This document shows, in pieces, positions 53,834 through 64,000 of a stretch of 64,000 nt of DNA. The notes below the pieces were generated by a model. That model did no database searches. It was given only the letters and a program-made list of their open reading frames with translations, and was not told the origin of the DNA. Each line of letters begins with the position of its first letter. Position 1 is the stretch's first letter. Location: positions 17,856,001 to 17,920,000 of the forward strand of contig CM120646.1 in the NCBI GenBank assembly GCA_051362555.1. Direction: 5' to 3'. Position numbers and translations under genes: made by a program. Origin of the DNA: Lingula anatina (Eukaryota; Animalia; Brachiopoda).

Positions 53834-56817
53834 ATATTTTCATGGTCTAATCACCTGGAGTGGAATGACCTTTCTCTATAGCGTTTTCCACCATGTCATT
53901 TTCCAGAGTAGTTTCATGCACTAACACATCTGCACCTTGAGCTATGCTAGCTATGCTGCCAGAGTTTGAAGTGTCTCCTAAGATGACAACTTTTTTACCG
54001 GGCTTATCTGGTCCTAGGACATCTTCTGGTTTTACCTGTGATGAAAAGGTAGGAAAAAATTGCAAAAGCCCAGTGTAAGGAACACAAGCCTCTTCAATAC
54101 CATCATGTCGGGCCAAAACAGGCTGATCATTTTGATCATTTTTATAGACATTAGGAATAAAACGAAAGTTCAAATTCAGATTTTAGGCACAATCAGCTTA
54201 TGAATCCAATTATATTAAATGATTAACATGGAATTTTCATGATACTTTTATTACAAAGAAGACACAAATGATATTTTTGATAACACAGTAACTGTTGGCA
54301 CGTTTTATATAATACCAACATCATCACAGTCATTTGATAAAAATACCTAGGAGTCCAAGAAATGACGGTAAAATTTTCTTTTTAAAACATATTATCAGAC
54401 ATTTTTATTGATAAGTTATAATTTATATCTTACCAATTCCCCACTGGGGGCAGTGATAGTTTCTCCTTTCTTAATCTTTGCATACAGTGGGCCTGGGAGG
54501 ATGCCCCTGGATTTCAACACATCTACATTCAACCTGGAAAGGATACATACATGTACATACATACATATATAACACTGCCCTATGCCATCTACAAGTTTTG
54601 CTGTATGGATTGCTTTAACTACGCCAAGTTGTATTTTGTGTAAATTTAACTCCTGTTGGGAAAACTTCAATGAAATACTAGTACAATTGGCAATCATCTT
54701 TTCCAGAATTTCACAAAAATGTTAAATACAAAAATTTGCCATTTTATTTACGTTCCTAAATGAGAGCGTTACTAAACATTTTATTTGGCAATATTCTATA
54801 AGCAAATTCTATAATTCTATTCTATGTGTTGACCTTCATACTTAACCAAAATGGTTGTATGATGAAGACAATATATCATGAGGTAAGTTGGTTCTGCTGT
54901 GAACACAACCAGTACCTCACCTGCCTGGCTGGCTGGCTTGCTGTATCACAAACCCAAAGCTTGGAATTCTGTGTGTAAGCCACGAGGCCTTTACGCTGAC
55001 TCCACTCTCCTCCAACCTGAAGAACAAAACATAACTCAGGGTTCACACTACATCATATTTCTTGTAGCCAAAAATAGCAAGAAAATATTGTACAACACTT
55101 TTGTACAACATCAATGGCAGTTTGTTTGGCTAAAACTTTTTATAGCATCTTCATCAATAATATAGAATAAGCCTAGTATTTAGCTAAAATTTACAATCTT
55201 ATGCTTTAGAGTATACAGCTACAGCTACTTGACAAACTTGATGGTGATGTCAGTAAAATTAGAAATGGACCCAACTTTACTCATTAACAATACCAGAGGT
55301 CTTGGTGTCTTTATATTAAAGCAGTCGACTTAAAAAAACGTCAATAGGTTTTTCTCAGGTCAAAATTAGTCTAGATGTGAACACAGCTTCATATCACTGC
55401 TTCAAATCCGAAGTTGTATTTTACTGACATTTTCATACATCAGAGGAACCCCATGACAAACTTACAGGTGCCAGACTCCCTGTTTATCAGCTGATATCGA
55501 CATGCCTGGTTTTTCATAAGGGTGAAGTGGTCCCCTGGGGGCTTCATGGTCGACTGACCAAGTCTGAAACACAGAAGCCACAAGATAAAGAGTCTATACC
55601 TCCCAAGACAGCACTAAGCACATCCTCGACAAAAACTCCGGGATTATGAAGCTAGGGGGACAGAAACAATCTTCAAGACTGAAAGAGAACAAAGGTAGCT
55701 TATTTGGAAGTAGGAAACATTCTTGGACACCATAATTTTCAAGTAAAAAAAAAAAAACAAACTAACTTTCAACTTAAAAATCATTTCATGAAACTGATCC
55801 CTTGCTACAGAGTGCTTAAACTTAATACCAACCTCCCAGTCTTTGACACAATTACACTGTTCTCTGATAGGGATGAGCTCATGAATCACGTAATCAAATC
55901 CTAGCATGCTACGTGAGAGCTCTAGGTTCACCCGAAGAAATTTTCGTAACCCCTGTGGTCCATAGATTTCCAAGAGTCTGTCTGGGGTGCTGTTTTGACC
56001 TATAGTGCATAATAATCCAGGGAGTCCAAATACCTGGAATTACATGGAGATATACCATCAATGACTGAGGCAGAGTGGATACAATATGGTCAGTCCAACA
56101 TCTCATAAGTATTATAAAATGCCCCCCCCCCCCAAAAAAAAAAAAAAAAAAATCAATGTTGTCAACTGTGGTATGTTGACCACTAAAATAAACCTTTTAA
56201 ATCACAAGGAAAATAATACATGTACACTATCTTGAAACTGACTGGAAGGAAAGAAAGAATAATAACCAAGAGAATGTAAGTTTTGAAGGGTAAAGTATTG
56301 TTAATAGCCCTCAAACTTTGCCATCCTTACATGATCTCCGTGTAAATGGGTGATGAAGATCTTGCTGATCTTGCCAGGCTTGATGGTGCTCTTCATTACC
56401 TGTGTCTGAGAGCCTTCACCACAGTCAAACATCCAGCAGTCCGAGTCTGGAAGGCAATATATGTACTGGTAACAATAAATACATGTACATGTACTTTAGT
56501 TGCTAACCATAAAAAATATTCACACGTTCCTATGGGAAATTACTCGAACTTGTAATTTTGCAAGTGGACATGTACAAAATAATACACAGGTAAGAGGACA
56601 ATGCAATGGCGATGTAGTGTACATTGTTTACTGCTGAAAATGACTCTTTTATTTCATTCAAAACTAAAGCAGTCTGGACATATACTATCACAGGGTCTAC
56701 CAGTGTACCACGAAAAATAACGTGTATCTGTTGCTCACCACGTCTGAATATTATACAACTCGCTCCTCTGACCGGCGTTGGATAAGCCGATGCTGTTCCC
56801 ATAAAATGAAGCTCCAT
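52738..56817 (-). CDS. ELAC1: Zinc phosphodiesterase ELAC1 / short-form RNase Z (metallo-beta-lactamase fold), multi-exon
   Basis: [21 protein letters not shown]; [12 protein letters not shown]; [10 protein letters not shown]; IYGPQGLR; HRIPSFG; exosite [15 protein letters not shown]; KVVILGDT; LVHETT; HSTP; ITHFSQRY; ends [11 protein letters not shown]. Confidence 0.94.
53193..53345. repeat. Intronic inverted repeat (~33-bp arms) in the last ELAC1 intron
   Basis: GGATCAGTCTAACTCCCTGGGGGTCTCACTAA versus the inverse of TTAAGTGAGACTCCCCAGGGAGATAGATCGATCC. Confidence 0.8.
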
Positions 56818-56992
56818 TTCGGAAAATCTTCTTGTTCTGATGACTATAGAGCGTGCATTTCGCACCTTAAACCGTAAGTAATGTCACTACTGTCACGACT
56901 CATTCACATTGCAACCGGAAATGCAGTTTGACCCAATTTCGTTGAACTCTGACCTCTCTTGGATATCAAACTGTGACCTACATTTAGTCAAC
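56818..56992. promoter_or_regulatory. Shared bidirectional promoter ELAC1/XYLB
   Basis: Only 175 bp between divergent ATGs; ETS-type ACCGGAAATG at 56914-56923; nuclear-receptor half-sites at 56929, 56943-56955 (DR1) and 56974. Confidence 0.65.
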
Positions 56993-63724
<6,732 letters not shown>

Positions 63725-64000
63725 GTTAGTTTAATATTTCTTATCAGATTGCAAAGGATTGTGTTAGGGGTGGGTGGGGAGGGGGTGGCAGAAAAGTTCA
63801 AGGGACTTTGTTGTGCAATAGTGGAACTTTTGTTACCTGGGACAGTTATAGAATTTTTTTCTGCATGTGATATTACTGTGAAATCAACAATTTATTTGCT
63901 TGATTTTAATACTGCTCTGGGAGAATTTGTTTTATTTATTGGAAGATGCAGTCAAGTTTTTTTTTATTCAGAATCCTAGTATTTTTTATCAGGATAGAGC

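Noticed and set aside
54535-54547. GTATCCTTT on the minus strand resembling a U12 donor in ELAC1
   Set aside because: It lies in the polypyrimidine tract just before a normal AG acceptor, and the flanking exons join in frame through a standard GT-AG intron.

Overview
AT-rich, intron-containing animal genomic DNA (invertebrate, probably lophotrochozoan; the taxon is an inference). From left to right: (1) a cluster of four paralogous five-exon genes (three tandem on +, one on -) encoding ~266-268-aa predicted secreted proteins I cannot assign to any named family; (2) a ~410-bp palindromic PIF/Harbinger-type MITE (TTA TSD) interrupted by a 2.27-kb non-autonomous DNA element with an AATT TSD; (3) a complete ~39-exon trithorax/KMT2A-B (MLL) gene on -, notable for two nuclear-receptor-like zinc-finger domains next to a CXXC domain, a bromodomain split by a ~550-aa exon, and an 8-kb exon carrying seven AT-hooks; (4) an intronless class A GPCR; (5) ELAC1 (short RNase Z) head-to-head with xylulokinase (XYLB), whose last exon lies beyond the window. 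The most promising leads are the unknown secreted-protein cluster, the KMT2 domain architecture, a UG-rich motif family that follows splice donors, and a large hairpin in an ELAC1 intron. All exon models were built by eye from GT-AG sites and frame continuity.
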